The translations under genes and the position numbers were made by a program. A DNA stretch of 63,332 bases, filler included, from Chiloscyllium plagiosum (lineage: Eukaryota), in NCBI RefSeq assembly GCF_004010195.1. It is 4 parts of one record of this genome, joined end to end, with 100 filler letters (N's around TTAATTAATTAA, not from the genome) between each part and the next. Parts side by side here need not be neighbours in the genome. Positions count along the whole stretch, not along the records: positions 1 to 13,355 come from NC_057714.1; positions 13,456 to 29,066 come from NC_057714.1; 2 more parts are not named here. The stretch is one strand, 5' to 3'. The notes below the pieces were generated by a model. That model did no database searches. It saw only the letters and a program-made list of their open reading frames with translations, and was not told where the DNA came from. Positions 11,945 to 24,175 of the stretch are shown here, one piece after another; within the stretch, counting starts at the first letter, position 1; each line of letters begins with the position of its first letter.

Positions 11945-12650
11945 AGAACTTAGAACATAGAACATTACAGCGCAGTACAGGCCCTTTGGACCTCAATGTT
12001 GCACCGACCTGTGGAACCAATCTGAAGCCCATCTACTCTACACTATTCCATCCTTGTCCCTATGCCTATTCAATGACCATTTAAATGCCCTTAACGTTGG
12101 TGAGTCTACTACTGTTACAGGCAATGCGTCCCATGTCCTTACTACTCTCTGAGTAAAGAAACTACCTCTGACATCTGTCCTATATCTATCACTCCTCAAT
12201 TTAAAGCTATGTTCCCTTGTGCTAGCCGTTGTCATCCGAGGAAAAAGATTCTCACTGTCCAACCTACCTAACCCTCTGATTATCTCATATGTCTCAATTA
12301 AGTTACCTCTCAACCTTCTTCACTCGAACAAAAACAGCCTCAGGTCCCTCAGCCTTTTCTCGTAAGACCTTCCCTCAATACCAGGCAACATCCTAGTAAA
12401 TCTCCTCTGAACCCTTTCCAAAGCTTCCACATCCTTCTTATAATGCAGTGACCAGAACTGTATGCAATACCCCAAGTGTGGCCACAACAGAGTTTTGTAC
12501 AGCTGCAGCATGATCTCATGGTTACAAAACTCAATCCCTCTACCAATAAAAGCTAATACACCATATGCCTTCTGAACAAACCTATCACCCTGGGTGGCAA
12601 CTTTCAAGGATCTATGTACCTGGACACCGAGATCTCTCTGCTTATCTACT
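11945..12650 (-). mobile_element. CR1 LINE 3' part (TTCTATG-tail family)
   Basis: KAYGVLAFIGRGIEF...LYKTLLWPHLGYCIQFWS...RRFTRMLPG; RGNLIETY. Confidence 0.93.
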
Positions 12651-13215
12651 TTGTTTTAAATTTCAAAAATATACTTTATTCATAAAATAATTTGATGGTC
12701 TGTACAGTTGGTCATGCCATACATACGTAAACATTTGCATACAGAGATCAGAATTTATCATTTGTATATACAGGTCTGTACGTTTATCAATTATATGTCC
12801 GTATATTTAGCTGAGGTGTCAGCAGAGCCCAAAAGACTGCATGGGTCCCCTGTTCTTCTTAGGCAGGCAGATGTTACACGGTGGTCTTTCCCCACCGCAC
12901 CTTGGCAGCACCTGCCCCAAGCTTCAGCACGTCCCTCAACACGTAGTCCTGGACCTTGGAATGTGCCAGTCTGCAACACTCAGTCGGGGTCAACTCCTTC
13001 AGCTGGAAGATCAACAGGTTTCGTACCGCCCAGAGAGCGTCCTTCACCGAGTTGATGATCCTCTAGACACAGTTGATGTTCGTCTCGGTGTGCGTCCCGG
13101 GGAACAGGCCGTAGAGCATGGAGTCCTACATCACAGCGCTGCTCGGGATGAACCTCAACAAACATCACTGCATTCCTTTCCAGACTTCTTCTGAAGGAGG
13201 TGTGTGACAGTCTTG
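12651..13215 (-). mobile_element. Tx1/L1-clade LINE ORF2 C-terminus and 3' UTR
   Basis: Minus frame LYGLFPGTHTETNINC..RIINSVKDALWAVRNLLIFQLKELTPTECCRLAHSKVQDYVLRD..WGKTTV*, then AATAAA and an A-rich end. Confidence 0.8.
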
Positions 13216-13225
13216 TCACCCCCCG

Positions 13226-13355
13226 GATTCTGGATTAGTGGTGCTGGAGGAGCACAGCAGTTCAGGCAGCATCCAAGAAGCAGCGAAATTGACGTTTCGG
13301 GCAAAAGCCCTTCATCAGGAATAAAGGCAGAGAGCCTGAAGCGTGGAGAGATAAG
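13226..13355 (-). mobile_element. PLE family A pLTR with intact hammerhead core (13289-13321); runs into a gap
   Basis: Reverse complement reads CTGATGA a gggc tttt gccc GAAA cg TC. Confidence 0.85.
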
Positions 13356-13455
13356 NNNNNNNNNNNNNNNNNNNNNNNNNNNNNNNNNNNNNNNNNNNNT
13401 TAATTAATTAANNNNNNNNNNNNNNNNNNNNNNNNNNNNNNNNNNNNNNNNNNNN
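13356..13455. other. 100-nt assembly gap with artificial TTAATTAATTAA linker (same at 29067-29166 and 53586-53685)
   Basis: Identical 44N + 12-mer + 44N layout three times; the 12-mer has stops in all six frames. Confidence 0.9.
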
Positions 13456-13842
13456 TTCTCGTTGGGACGGCGAAGGATGAGGGGTGACTTGATAGAGGTT
13501 TATAAGATGATCAGAGGAATAGGTAGAGTAGACAGTCAGAAACTTTTTCCCTGGGTACAACAGAGTGTTACAAGGGGACATAAATTTAAGGTGAAGGGTG
13601 GAAGGTTATGGGGAGATGTCAGGGGTGGGTTCTTTACCCAGAGAGTGTTGGGGGCATGGAATGCGCTGCCCGTGGGAGTGGTGGAGTCGGAATCATTGGC
13701 GACCTTTAAGCGGCATTTGGATAGGTACATGGATGGGTACTTAATCTAGGTTAGAAGTTCGGCACAACATCGTGGGCCGAAGGGCCTGTTCTATGCTGTA
13801 TTGTTCTATGTTCTATGTTCTATGTTCTATGTTCTATGTTCT
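13456..13842 (+). mobile_element. Young CR1 LINE 3' end
   Basis: Open frame RRMRGDLIEVYKMIRG...FFTQRVLGAWNALP...FKRHLDRYMD; (ttctatg)n tail. Confidence 0.95.
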
Positions 13843-14299
13843 AATTGCACTGGCAAAGGTGATGGTGAGCTGTCTTCTTGAACACTTGAAGTCATTGGGA
13901 TGCACCCACAGTGTTGTTCAGAATGGATTTCCATGATTTTGACCCAGTGACTGTGAAGGAACAATTCACTGAATCCAAATCAGGATTATCATCAAAGTAT
14001 GTGGTGCTTATGGTATTCGTCTATATTAATACTTTTTGATCCATGTCCAACATCTTCCCAGCTATCTTTTTATTATTAACATTATTCATTTGTGCACATA
14101 ATTGCAGTTACTAGTATCTTATCTCATCCTAATCTTTGATTTTCCAAATACAGGAGAAATAGAGGTTTTACTTTTTCTGGAACCTGCTTTCTTTGGACTC
14201 AGGAAAAATGGTAGTTTGTTGAGCATAAGCCTATTTATTTTAACTTTAGTAGATCCTTACACTTAGAGACGATTGCATCAGCAACATTTATGATAACCT

Positions 14300-14395
14300 G
14301 TATTCCTGATGTAGGGCTTTTGCCCGAAACGTCGATTTTACTGCTCCTTGGATGCTGCCTGAACTGCTGTGCTCTTCCAGCACCACTAATCCAGA
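14300..14395 (+). mobile_element. Mini PLE family A fragment with mutated hammerhead core
   Basis: CTGATGT a gggc tttt gccc GAAA cg TC; possible TSD aacatttat. Confidence 0.8.
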
Positions 14396-14716
14396 ACATT
14401 TATCATGAGCAGTACCTCATACAGTGTAGTGAGTTGTCATGGCCATATAACAGTATAGGCAATAGTTTTTGAATTTGTTTTGAATGCTCTTACAACACCA
14501 TGGAGAGCAGCACTGTCAAATTTTCAGAATCCACTTGATCTTTGGGGCCAGCTTGGTCTAGTGTGGTAAAGGAAAATCACTTTCTGGCCTAACTGGAAGA
14601 CTCTCTTGTTGTTAACAAGATATAGTTTATTGTATGTTGGTAGCTAGTTATGGGTTTCATTAATATGATAGACATTATAACAGAGACTATGAGGAAAATC
14701 ACATTTGCTTACTCAC

Positions 14717-14903
14717 TCCTTTGAGATCCTAAGCTACTCTGCTCTCCAGGCCATATGACATCATCATGGTGGGTGGTGTTATGGTACTCCTCAGTATTAA
14801 CATAATCAAATCCAAATACAACAGAATTCAATGCAACAACTTTCAACACTGACTCAGCCTGCCGCAGAGTGAGGCAAAAGTTGTTTTTAAGATTAGGTGC
14901 ATG
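14717..14903 (-). other. Candidate exon (187 nt, phase 0 to 1), unverified
   Basis: Acceptor ttttgatatttcag, donor GA|GTGAGT; single open frame HAPNLKNNFCLTLRQAESVLKVVALNSVVFGFDYVNTEEYHNTTHHDDVIWPGEQSSLGSQR. Confidence 0.3.
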
Positions 14904-15294
14904 CTGAAATATCAAAATTATTGACTCATATATTCCCAGCGCTCTTCCAAAAGAAGCATTTGCACGTATTGGAGTGCATTATTCGTCTTCTATTAATCAG
15001 GAAGTTACATAATGTACAATCTACTTAAATGATGCCTGAGAAAACACATTAAAGGGTTTTCAATGATGTTTTCGTTAAACAAAATAAAAACAAAGGACTT
15101 GTAAAAGCTTCATTAAGGCAGCCTGCATGTTCTTTCAGTGACAGTAACTGTGGGAAATTTCCTATTTGTGTGGGAATGTTAACTCTTAAACAATGCTTGA
15201 GGATCCACGAGAGAGAAAGAGTACATGTGACAGAGAGAGACTGTTTTGATGTGACTCTCAAAATGCTCAAATGTTCCCTTCGGTACTTACTCCC

Positions 15295-16098
15295 TGTAAG
15301 ATGGTAGTGGAGTATGGCTTCCGAACCCTGGGTTCATCTGCTCCATCCACTTTTGTTATAATTTCTTTCTTTTTCTCTTGTCTGACTTTTTTCTGTTTTT
15401 TGACTTAGCTCTTCTGGAAGAGCTCAGTCCCGGTGATGGCATCGGTAGCAAATCGACCCAGCACAGACTCATGCTGGCCCTGCAGCGTGGCCTCATGGTG
15501 GTGTTGTCACAGGCCAGTTTGATTGCCCGTCGGCTTCTGTATCGATGAGTGCCAAATCCTGGCTGCTGCTCTGGAGGTGAGCTTGGGTTCCAGTCTGGAG
15601 GTGAGCTTGAGTTCCTGGCAGCATCTGCGCCTGGTGCAGATGCATGGGCCTAGTACAAGACCAGGTAGCATCAGCTGTGGCTGCACTGACCAGCGTGGGC
15701 ATGAAGTGGACTAATGGCAGCAGTGGAGTTGATTTTGGGTTGGTGCGGTACACAAAGGCACTGGTGGCATCTGCATTGGGAAGATCTATCAAGGACTCAT
15801 AGTGGGCAGGGTATCGGTGGAGGTGAGATGGTGCTGAATAGTGGAACTATCATCCTAGCAGCACAGTGAGGGAGATTCATTCCTGGCCATCAGCCCCTTA
15901 GCCCATGACAGAGCACTTAATAAAAAGGATTGTAAGGTTGCATACTTTTTCTTTATTTCTTTAATTTTCTACCTTTAAATTCTTAGTTTTGGTTTATTTT
16001 TCTCTGTTTCAAAATGACACTGGAAGTGGTGACACTATACATCACTTTTCATTGCATTTTGTAACAAAATACACACGACAATAAATAAATAAATTCAA
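15295..16098 (+). mobile_element. Non-autonomous composite element: GC-rich repetitive body, T-rich tract, Rex1-like 3' tail
   Basis: Starts aagatggtagtggag, has an internal 24 bp duplication near 15571-15620, ends cttttcattg...cacgacaataaataaataaa. Confidence 0.55.
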
Positions 16099-17099
16099 TT
16101 GTTGACTTTGAAGACAAATCAGTGTGGAGTGCAGTTTATTTGTATGAAAGCTTTTACAGCAATTATTCTGAATTTGCTGTTTCTCTAATTTTATACACTT
16201 GGCTGTTGAAGATGCAACTCATGAAAACACAGTCATACAGCATCATTACATCACTGCACACATCTGCACAACCTTAGGATATTAAATCATGCAATGGCTA
16301 TTTAACCATGGGGCACAAAACTTTCCTTAATTGTATGAAATTCACATACATTTACTTACCAGTCAATGTTTAATGAATAGTGATCATAATTATTTTTCTT
16401 CCTTTGTTTGCCCTACCCTTTGGCCAGTCCAACTTAGATCAATTCCATCAGTCCAGACCAAGGATGGAGAGAATTCTGAATGTTTTCAGAGGATTGAGAC
16501 ATTTAAAAAAGTACATGTAACAGATCTGTTTTCTGATCATTCCAACATAAAGCATGTGGAAACCATAAAAAAAGATACAATGCAGCCTCTTTAAGAGAAC
16601 TGACAATATTTATTTTAAATGGCATGGCCTGTTATTATATGAGTTCCTTTAAAGGCCAAGGGTTAGGAGAAAAAGATCACAAACAACTTGCCAGATGTGG
16701 TCCTTTGAGGACATTTTGTTTGTGTATTTCAGCAGCGAAATGCTCAGGTGATTTCAAATGATGTTTTGTGAGCTAAAATAATTCGAGAGAATTAAAAAAA
16801 AAACATCTGGCATCTAACTACAACAGTGACCATGTTTCATTACTTTGCAGCCTATGTTCTGTCAGCTGCTGAAGTCATCAGGTTTACATGCTCCTTTAAT
16901 GGTTCAGTTGGTTAAAACAATGAGTGGTTGAATCTTTCAGACCCATAAGGATCTCCATTATTTGACTCATTGGCATTTCTCTCGCTTGGGTTAATTCTTA
17001 CCAATGCCATCATAGTCAGAACATATCTAGCAATATCTACTCTGCTGCCTTAAAGCTTCAGTCTGGAAGTTTCCTGAGGTTCAAGACCCCCTCTTCTTC

Positions 17100-17935
17100 C
17101 AAATCCACATGCAGTCATTAGCAACATTATTTGTTGATATATCATCAGCTTCCACATGCAAGATAAAACACCCATTTCTTCCTCTCCACCAGAACGCACA
17201 ACCTATCAGCTATAAGACTGCTTTTGTCTGAAATTTAATTTTGGATGAGGCATAAGCTCCTTAAGCTGAGGATAAGCTGTTGTCCTTTTCTCTATTCTCC
17301 CTCCCTGACCATTGCCTTGATTCCCTCTGGCTTTGTTGGACTTTTTGCAATTTTGCCATTTGTTTCTATGCTCCTGATCCATGCAAATGTTGCCTTCTTC
17401 CACCTGCTTTACAGTGGATTCCCTACACCCCCCCAATCTCCGCTTCAGCTAAATCCAACATGTCATGCCCAGGCTCGAATGTTGAAATTTTTTTCGGTGA
17501 CCTGTCATCTTCCACTCTCTGCACACTCCCACTGATTTGAAACTCAACCTCTCATTTGCCACCCCTTACCAAATTCTGCTTATCTATTCCCCCTCATCTA
17601 GCTGTGCCAAATCTCCCCCAAATCATCCATCTCATGAGTTTGCCATTCTTCTGATAGTGGCTGCATTTGCCTATCCCATTTCTGCTCAGTGTCTGGCCAC
17701 TGCCGGTCTTACCTTCAGCCATCAATAGCCCACACTCGACATTGCTTTCCCCTAAACTTGCAACTTGACACCATCTCCTCCTGTTAAAAAAGAACCTTGT
17801 TAAAACTTAATTCTGAATATATTTTAGGTCACATTTCCTAATTTCTCTCTTTTCATCAGCATCTGTCTTTTTTCCTGTGCCTCTGTGAAGTAAACATTTT
17901 ATCTGCATTGACAATGTTACTATATAATTTATTGA
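17100..17935 (+). mobile_element. Ancient L2-like LINE relic
   Basis: Degenerate ISFH.(Y)ADDT-like segment near 17140-17190 and an L2-type 3' region near 17700-17930. Confidence 0.45.
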
Positions 17936-18521
17936 TGCCTTAATATGGACTCAACCATGAAGAAAGGGTGAGGTAATGGAAGTTTGGCAGTATCCTTGGA
18001 GCCCCATCCCTACTAGGCGGAAGGAACTTGAGGAATAAAATATGTAGGTTTTAACATATTCTTGACAAAACATTTTCTAATATCCTGCCCTTTCAACATA
18101 ACAATATGCTGCTTGAGTGAAGAATTCCTGTTCAATATGCAATCTAAATATCTGTGAACAATAGTTCATAGTTTTATAGTGAGCTTTTAAAAAAAGTTAC
18201 AGAAGGGATGTCAAGGAGGTGTAGATCCATGGCCGTAGAATGAAATGTTTCTTAAACATAAAATGCAATTCCATCCTATTTAATAGTGTGTGCAGACAGT
18301 TCCTTTTGCATGTTGCAGGAAATAGTGAACTGAGTTCCTGTAGTCCACAATAAATTGTGCATTGTAAAGTGTACACCCTGTTCAGTCATAAAATGTATCA
18401 ACATTTGTGGGCTGTGTATAATATTTATATACTGGAACATTCACACATGCCTCTTTGCCTTCTATAGTTTAAAGCACGAACGAAAAAATCTCACGACCTT
18501 CCTTTTGTTTTATCCTTTCTG

Positions 18522-19415
18522 TTTTATTCACTCACAGGATGTGAGTGTCACTGGCTGGGCCAGTATTTATTGCCCATTTCTAATTCCCAGAGGGCAGTTA
18601 AGAATCAACCACATTGCTGTGGGTCTGTAGACCAGACCAGATTCGATAAGGCAGGCAGAATTCTTTCCTTAAAGAACATTAGTGAACCATAAGACCATAA
18701 GACATAGGAGCGGAAGTAAGGCCATTCGGCCCATCGAGTCCACTCCGCCATTCAATCATGGCTGATCAGCATTTCAACTCCACTTACCCGCATTCTCCCC
18801 GTAGCCCTTAATTCCTTGTGACATCAAGAATTTATCAATTCCCTTAATCTTCTAAACTCCACTGAATACAATCCCAGGATCCTCAGCCGTTTCTCATATG
18901 TTAGACCTACCATTGCAGGGATCATCCGTGTGAATCTCCGCTGGACATGCTCCAGTGCCAGTATGTCCTTCCTGAGGTGTGGGGACCAATACTGGACACA
19001 GTACTCCAAATGGGGTCTAACCAGAGCTTTATAAAGTCTCAGTAGCACAACAGTGCTTTTATATTCTAACCCTCTTGAGATAATTGACAACATTGCATTC
19101 GCTTTCTTAATCACGGACTCAACCTGCATGTTTACCTTTAGAGAATTCTCAACTAGCACTCCCAGATCCCTCTGTACTTTGGCTTTATGAATTTTCTCAC
19201 CGTTTAGAAAGTAATCCATGCTTCTATTCTTTTTTCCAAAGTGCAAGAACCAGATGTGTTTTTCCTGACAATCAACAATGCTTTCATGGTCATCATCAGA
19301 CTCTTACTTCCAGATATCATTGAATTCAGGATGTGAACCTGGGACACCAGGACATTACCTGGGTCCCTGGATTAACAGTCCAGTGATAATACCACCAGAC
19401 TATCACATACCCTGG
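18522..19415 (-). mobile_element. Older shark SINE-like repeat split by the CR1 at 18689-19246
   Basis: ttattcactcacaggatgtgagtgtcactggctgggccag end recurs at ~31365 and ~40245; gaacca on both sides of the CR1. Confidence 0.6.
18689..19246 (-). mobile_element. CR1 LINE 3' part (GGTCTTAT-tail family), internally deleted
   Basis: HFGKKN...RDLGVLV...KKANAML..ISRGLEYKS..LLRLYKALVRPHLEYCVQYWSP. Confidence 0.93.
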
Positions 19416-20457
19416 TTTAAAACAATTGTACACAAACTTGAATATGAACTACATTTATGGAACAAACTCACGTGACATGTTAAGAGTAAACCTTTCACAG
19501 CTTTTGATCAATTCTTGAGACAAGATGGCACTTGGACCTGGACCAAATATAAATAGTTAGTTTTGACAGTAAACTTTGATGTCTTCAGTGGCTGCTCTGG
19601 CAATCTATTTCCACTGTTAGTGAATTGGCAATTTGAGGGTGGGAGACCTTCACCAAATGCATGAAGGATGATGTTTATGAGATTCTTTAAAAATTCAATG
19701 GCTTTGTTGGAATTTTAGTGCCAGCTTCCACAATTAAAAGTGAACAGAAAATGTAAAATCATACGGGGAGAGGCCAAAAGACCAGCTCCAGCCCGAACAC
19801 AGTGTGCTCCTGACCCCCCTGCTGCCCCTAACCCCAGTCTAAACAGTGCATTTTTACCCACCCAGCCCTAAAATGGAGACCCCACAACTCTGACATGAAT
19901 TGAGTGGCCCTGTCCCTGTACAAAAAAAAGGGGCTCTGTCCCCAGCCTGAACACTGTGGGCCCCCTAGAGCCCTCAGTCCCAGTCCTTGGCCCCTAACAT
20001 ACCTCCCGGTTCTGGGTCTTGGTCCCCCTGTGAGCCCCCTAGATTTTTACAAGGTGACTTGGTGTCAAAACGTGTTTGATAATCAGCTCTGTGAAGTGTC
20101 ATGCCTTCTCCAACATAAAATAATACCAGTCCAATGTGAGTTATTGGCCTTCTGATGAAAGGTTATTGGCGTGATGCTTGATGATGTTCAATATTATCTG
20201 TCTTATTTCTGATTTCCAGCATAGTTTCATCTCTGTCGACGTGTAGGTTAAAAATGGGTAGATATGCACAAAGAAAATAACATAGTGCACATTTGCAAAT
20301 TTATTGCAAATAACTACTTTGTCAAGAGGGTTTATAAATCTAATCATTATCATTTCCTTTCTTAAGCAGAAAGCTTCTTTACAGTGGTACTGGACCACTG
20401 CGATCAGATCATGTCACTAAATCCAAGGGAGAAGCTGATGTTAGACCTTGAATTGCT

Positions 20458-20800
20458 AATAGAATCCTACAGTGCAGAAAGAGGCCATTTGGCTCACTGA
20501 GTTTGCACCCACCCTCCAAAAAGCTTCCCACCCAGATCCAATTGCCTACCCTATTCCCATAACCTCACATTTCCCATGGCTAATCCACCTAACCTGCACA
20601 TCTATTGACATGACAGGCAATTTAGCATGGCTCATCCACCTAACCTGCACGTCTTTGGACAGTGGGAGGAAACCAGAACACCTGGCAGAAACCCACACAG
20701 ACATGGGGAGAAAATGCAAATGTCTGCAACAGATCAGAATCAAACCCAGGTTCCTGGTGCTGTGAGGCAGCAGCATTAACCACTGAGCCACCATACTGCC
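20458..20800 (-). mobile_element. HE1 SINE
   Basis: Head at ~20755-20800, duplicated core segment, CR1-like tail. Confidence 0.88.
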
Positions 20801-22269
20801 CTATACTTTGCAGATAGGCTTTGTTAATTGCTCCATGAGCGCACAGATATAAATTAAATATCAGCATTTCCTGATCTGAAATAAACAAAATGTGTTTTGG
20901 TCAATTCTCATACCTGGTTTATAACCTCTGCAGGCTCTCTCATTGAAGTGATGTGAAAGAATGGGTCAAATTTGTTGGTTGGGCCTAGTGGACTGCCCAA
21001 GTACTGGCATTAATCTTGTTAATTCATCCTTGAGAACATGAAGTCTAAGACTGAGAAGGGGCATTTGGGTCAATAGAAGCTACGTAATGGGAGTGACAGG
21101 GAAATGTAGACCACATACCTAACAGTGAGGTATTAAATTTAAGTCAAGCTTTGAGGCTTCAAGGTCTCAAAATTAATAAATTAAATGTTCTGCTTCCAAC
21201 TTTGGCTCATGATCCCGAGTGCAGCAAAGGACAGCTCCCATGGTAATGGTTGGTGGGATGGCTGAGAAATCTGGAGAAGCAGCACTGAGAAAAACCAAAA
21301 TTATATTTCTATCCTAGCTGTCTTATTTGTCATATATTTAAGTTTATTAATGAGGTGTTTGCAGTTACCTGCAGGAGCACTGAGCATTGAAATTCACTCA
21401 AAGATTTAGACCTGCAAATTTCTCTTGGTACATTGTTAATTTGTTTTGCTTTACATGAATTTTGTTTTAACTGACCCACTTAAACTGAAAAATTGAACAA
21501 TAACAAGGTGGAAAATCAACTCATTTTAATATGATATTAGTCATATTAGAATGAGATGATGATTGTTTACCATTCTAATTGGGGCTTACCTTTTAGTACA
21601 GTTTCAACCAATATTCTGATCTATCAAGCTTCAACACATTAACTAAAAAGAATTGAACTAATATTACACTTTTAAAATGGTCCAGATCTGTTATTTCAAA
21701 CTTTTGTCCTCTTCCCTCCTGAAGGTGAAAAATGAAATTAATTTATGTTATGCCTTCTATGTTTGGAATGCCTCACAGTGCCTCATAGCCAACTAATTAC
21801 TTTTGCAATATTGCCACAAGCATGTCGATAATTGGAGGAACCACTTTCCACATAGCAACATTGAGAATTGCAAACAGTTGCTCTGTTCCCTTGGTATGAT
21901 TTGATAGATATATGTAGCCAAGGAATTAGAAGGATTCCTGAGCTTCTTCAAAGAAGTGTAAAGGATTCTTGACACCCATCTAACAGCCTGACAGGGTCTA
22001 AGCTTATCTCGAAGGTAGCAGCTGCTCCAGTTTTACAATGACATATCAAGTGAGGTTAAGTACTCACAAGCTAGAGAGAGGCTTGAACTCACAAATCTTT
22101 TGACTCAGAGACAAAATGCACTACCCATGTACTACACTGAAGGTAACTAGTACCAACTGCTACAGACATTCATTGGTGAAGGAAGATTGAACCCTCATTT
22201 TAACACTTCCTCTTTGCTGCATCATCCATTGAGTACATCAGTCATGTCTTCATTCTTCCTGACATCACA

Positions 22270-22830
22270 ATGTCATAGCGCACAGAAGGAGATTATTTGT
22301 CTCATTGTGCTAGCGCCAACTCCTCAGGGGAACTGATTCACTTAGACCTATTTCCTTGATCTTTTCGAGCTACGAGCATGTTTTTCCCTTTAAGTATTTA
22401 TCCAATTCCCTTTTGAAGGGTATGATTGCTTCTGCGTCTGTCACTCTTTCAGGCAATTCATTCCAAATTATGGTTAACATTTTGGGTCCCGTGACTCTCC
22501 TTCAAAAGAAGGGTCACTGGTTCTGAAGCTTTAACAATGATTTCTCTCCACAGATGCTGCTAGACTTGCTGAGTTTTTTTCCAGCAATTTCTATTTTTGT
22601 TTCTGATTTCCAGCATCTGCAGTTCCTTCCATTTTTCATTCCAAATTATAATGACTTGCTGTGTTAAAAGATAAAATCTCTTCATGCTGCCTCTGGTACT
22701 TTTGTCAATCACCCTAAATTTATGTCCACTGTTTACTGGCTGTTTTGTCTCTGGAAGCAGTTTATCCTCATTTACCTACCAAATTCATTCATGTTATTTG
22801 ACTACCATTATCAAATCTCCTCTTGATGTC
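22270..22830 (-). mobile_element. Old CR1 3' end interrupted by a mini-PLE
   Basis: tatttatccaattccctttttgaag-type 3' end; split at 22472. Confidence 0.6.
22472..22634. mobile_element. Mini-PLE (family D) with inverted, decayed hammerhead halves
   Basis: 15 bp TSD ttcattccaaattat at 22457-22471 and 22635-22649. Confidence 0.8.
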
Positions 22831-23314
22831 GGACATCACTGTCAAGCTAAAGCCTGTTCTTACTTGATGTTCAAATTAATTGCAACCATTGTATAGAGAT
22901 AATGGTCAATTATCATTCCTTGAGATTGAGATCAGCTGAGTCAGCACAGACTGCAAGTTTAAGTTATGTTTGTAGTTTGCATACCTGGGATATTTAAGTA
23001 TCAAGCCACTAAAGTCCATTTAGAAAGGATCTGTTTTCATGAAAAGTTGTGAGAAAGTGGAATCAAATGTTACAGAAGCACATAGATGCAAAATCATTGA
23101 CAATGTTCCAAAGGGAGATTAGTCCTTCCCAGGTAGACTAGAAGGGATATGGATTAAGCTGGAAATTGATATTAAAACGATGGCAAGGTCAATGAAATAG
23201 CAAAGCAAGCCAAATTAATTGAATTCCTTCTCTTACATTTTTATTTAACTCATCGGTGGAGCTCCTGTTTCATTTTAAAAACACAAGGTGGTCAGGTTGG
23301 CAGTACAATTTATA

Positions 23315-23647
23315 AGATTAGATTAGATTCCCTACAGTGTGGAATCAGCCCTTCAGCCCAACAAGTCCACACTGACCCTCCAAAGAGTCACCCACCCACA
23401 CCCATTCCCCACACCAACCCTCTGATGAGTCACCCACCCAGACCCATTCCCCTGCCGATTGCACCTATCACTGTGGGCAATCCACCTGACCTGCACATCT
23501 TTCAACTGTGGGAGGAAACTGGAGCACGCGGCTGAAACGGGGAGAATATGAAAACGCCACACAGACAGTCACCTAATGTTGGAATTGAACCCAGGTACCT
23601 GGGGCTGTGAGGCAGCAGTGCTAACTACTGAACCACAGTGCTGCCCT
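23315..23647 (-). mobile_element. HE1 SINE
   Basis: (agatt)n tail at 23315, head at ~23600-23647. Confidence 0.9.
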
Positions 23648-24175
23648 TAAGTTGAACTGGGAGAGAATTTTGGGCATAGGAATATATATCCAATATTACA
23701 CATGAAATTGTGGGTCAGATTTTCCACAGTGTCAATGTGCATGAGTTTGCCAAACTGGCCCTTCATGTTTACGAAAGCAGGGATCTCCACATTTCTGAGA
23801 GGACATTCTGATCAGATCTCCTCAGAAATGCAGACACGTTCTTCCATTCCAACAAATGGACAGTAATAGGTCAAGAAGGCAGCTCACAAATACAATACCT
23901 TTTCAAGGGCAAACAAGGATGGACAATAAATGCTGGCCCAAACAGCCTCGCCCACATCCCATGAATGAAGAATTAAAAAAGGGTAATATAAAACAGAAAA
24001 AAAGATATTTTATCAGAACATCAGTACAAGAGGATGACGAAAGAAATGACTGGGTCTAACAGAGGTGTTAATGGTACCTTGTGTGCAGATGTAGAAAATG
24101 TAGGCAGCATTCTGAATGATTATTTTCTTTGTTCTCACAAAGGACAGGGATGATGAAAACATTGTAGTTCGAGGA

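Noticed and set aside
13400..13411. TTAATTAATTAA palindrome, also at 29111-29122 and 53630-53641
   Set aside because: Always centred in a 100-nt N gap; an artificial scaffold linker, not biology
16428..16520. Plus-strand exon candidate after a strong polypyrimidine tract
   Set aside because: No good donor, no partner exons and no recognisable product; shows how easily such signals arise by chance
20141..20398. 85-aa minus-strand ORF
   Set aside because: Partly overlaps a decayed PLE pLTR fragment; AT-rich with no homology signal
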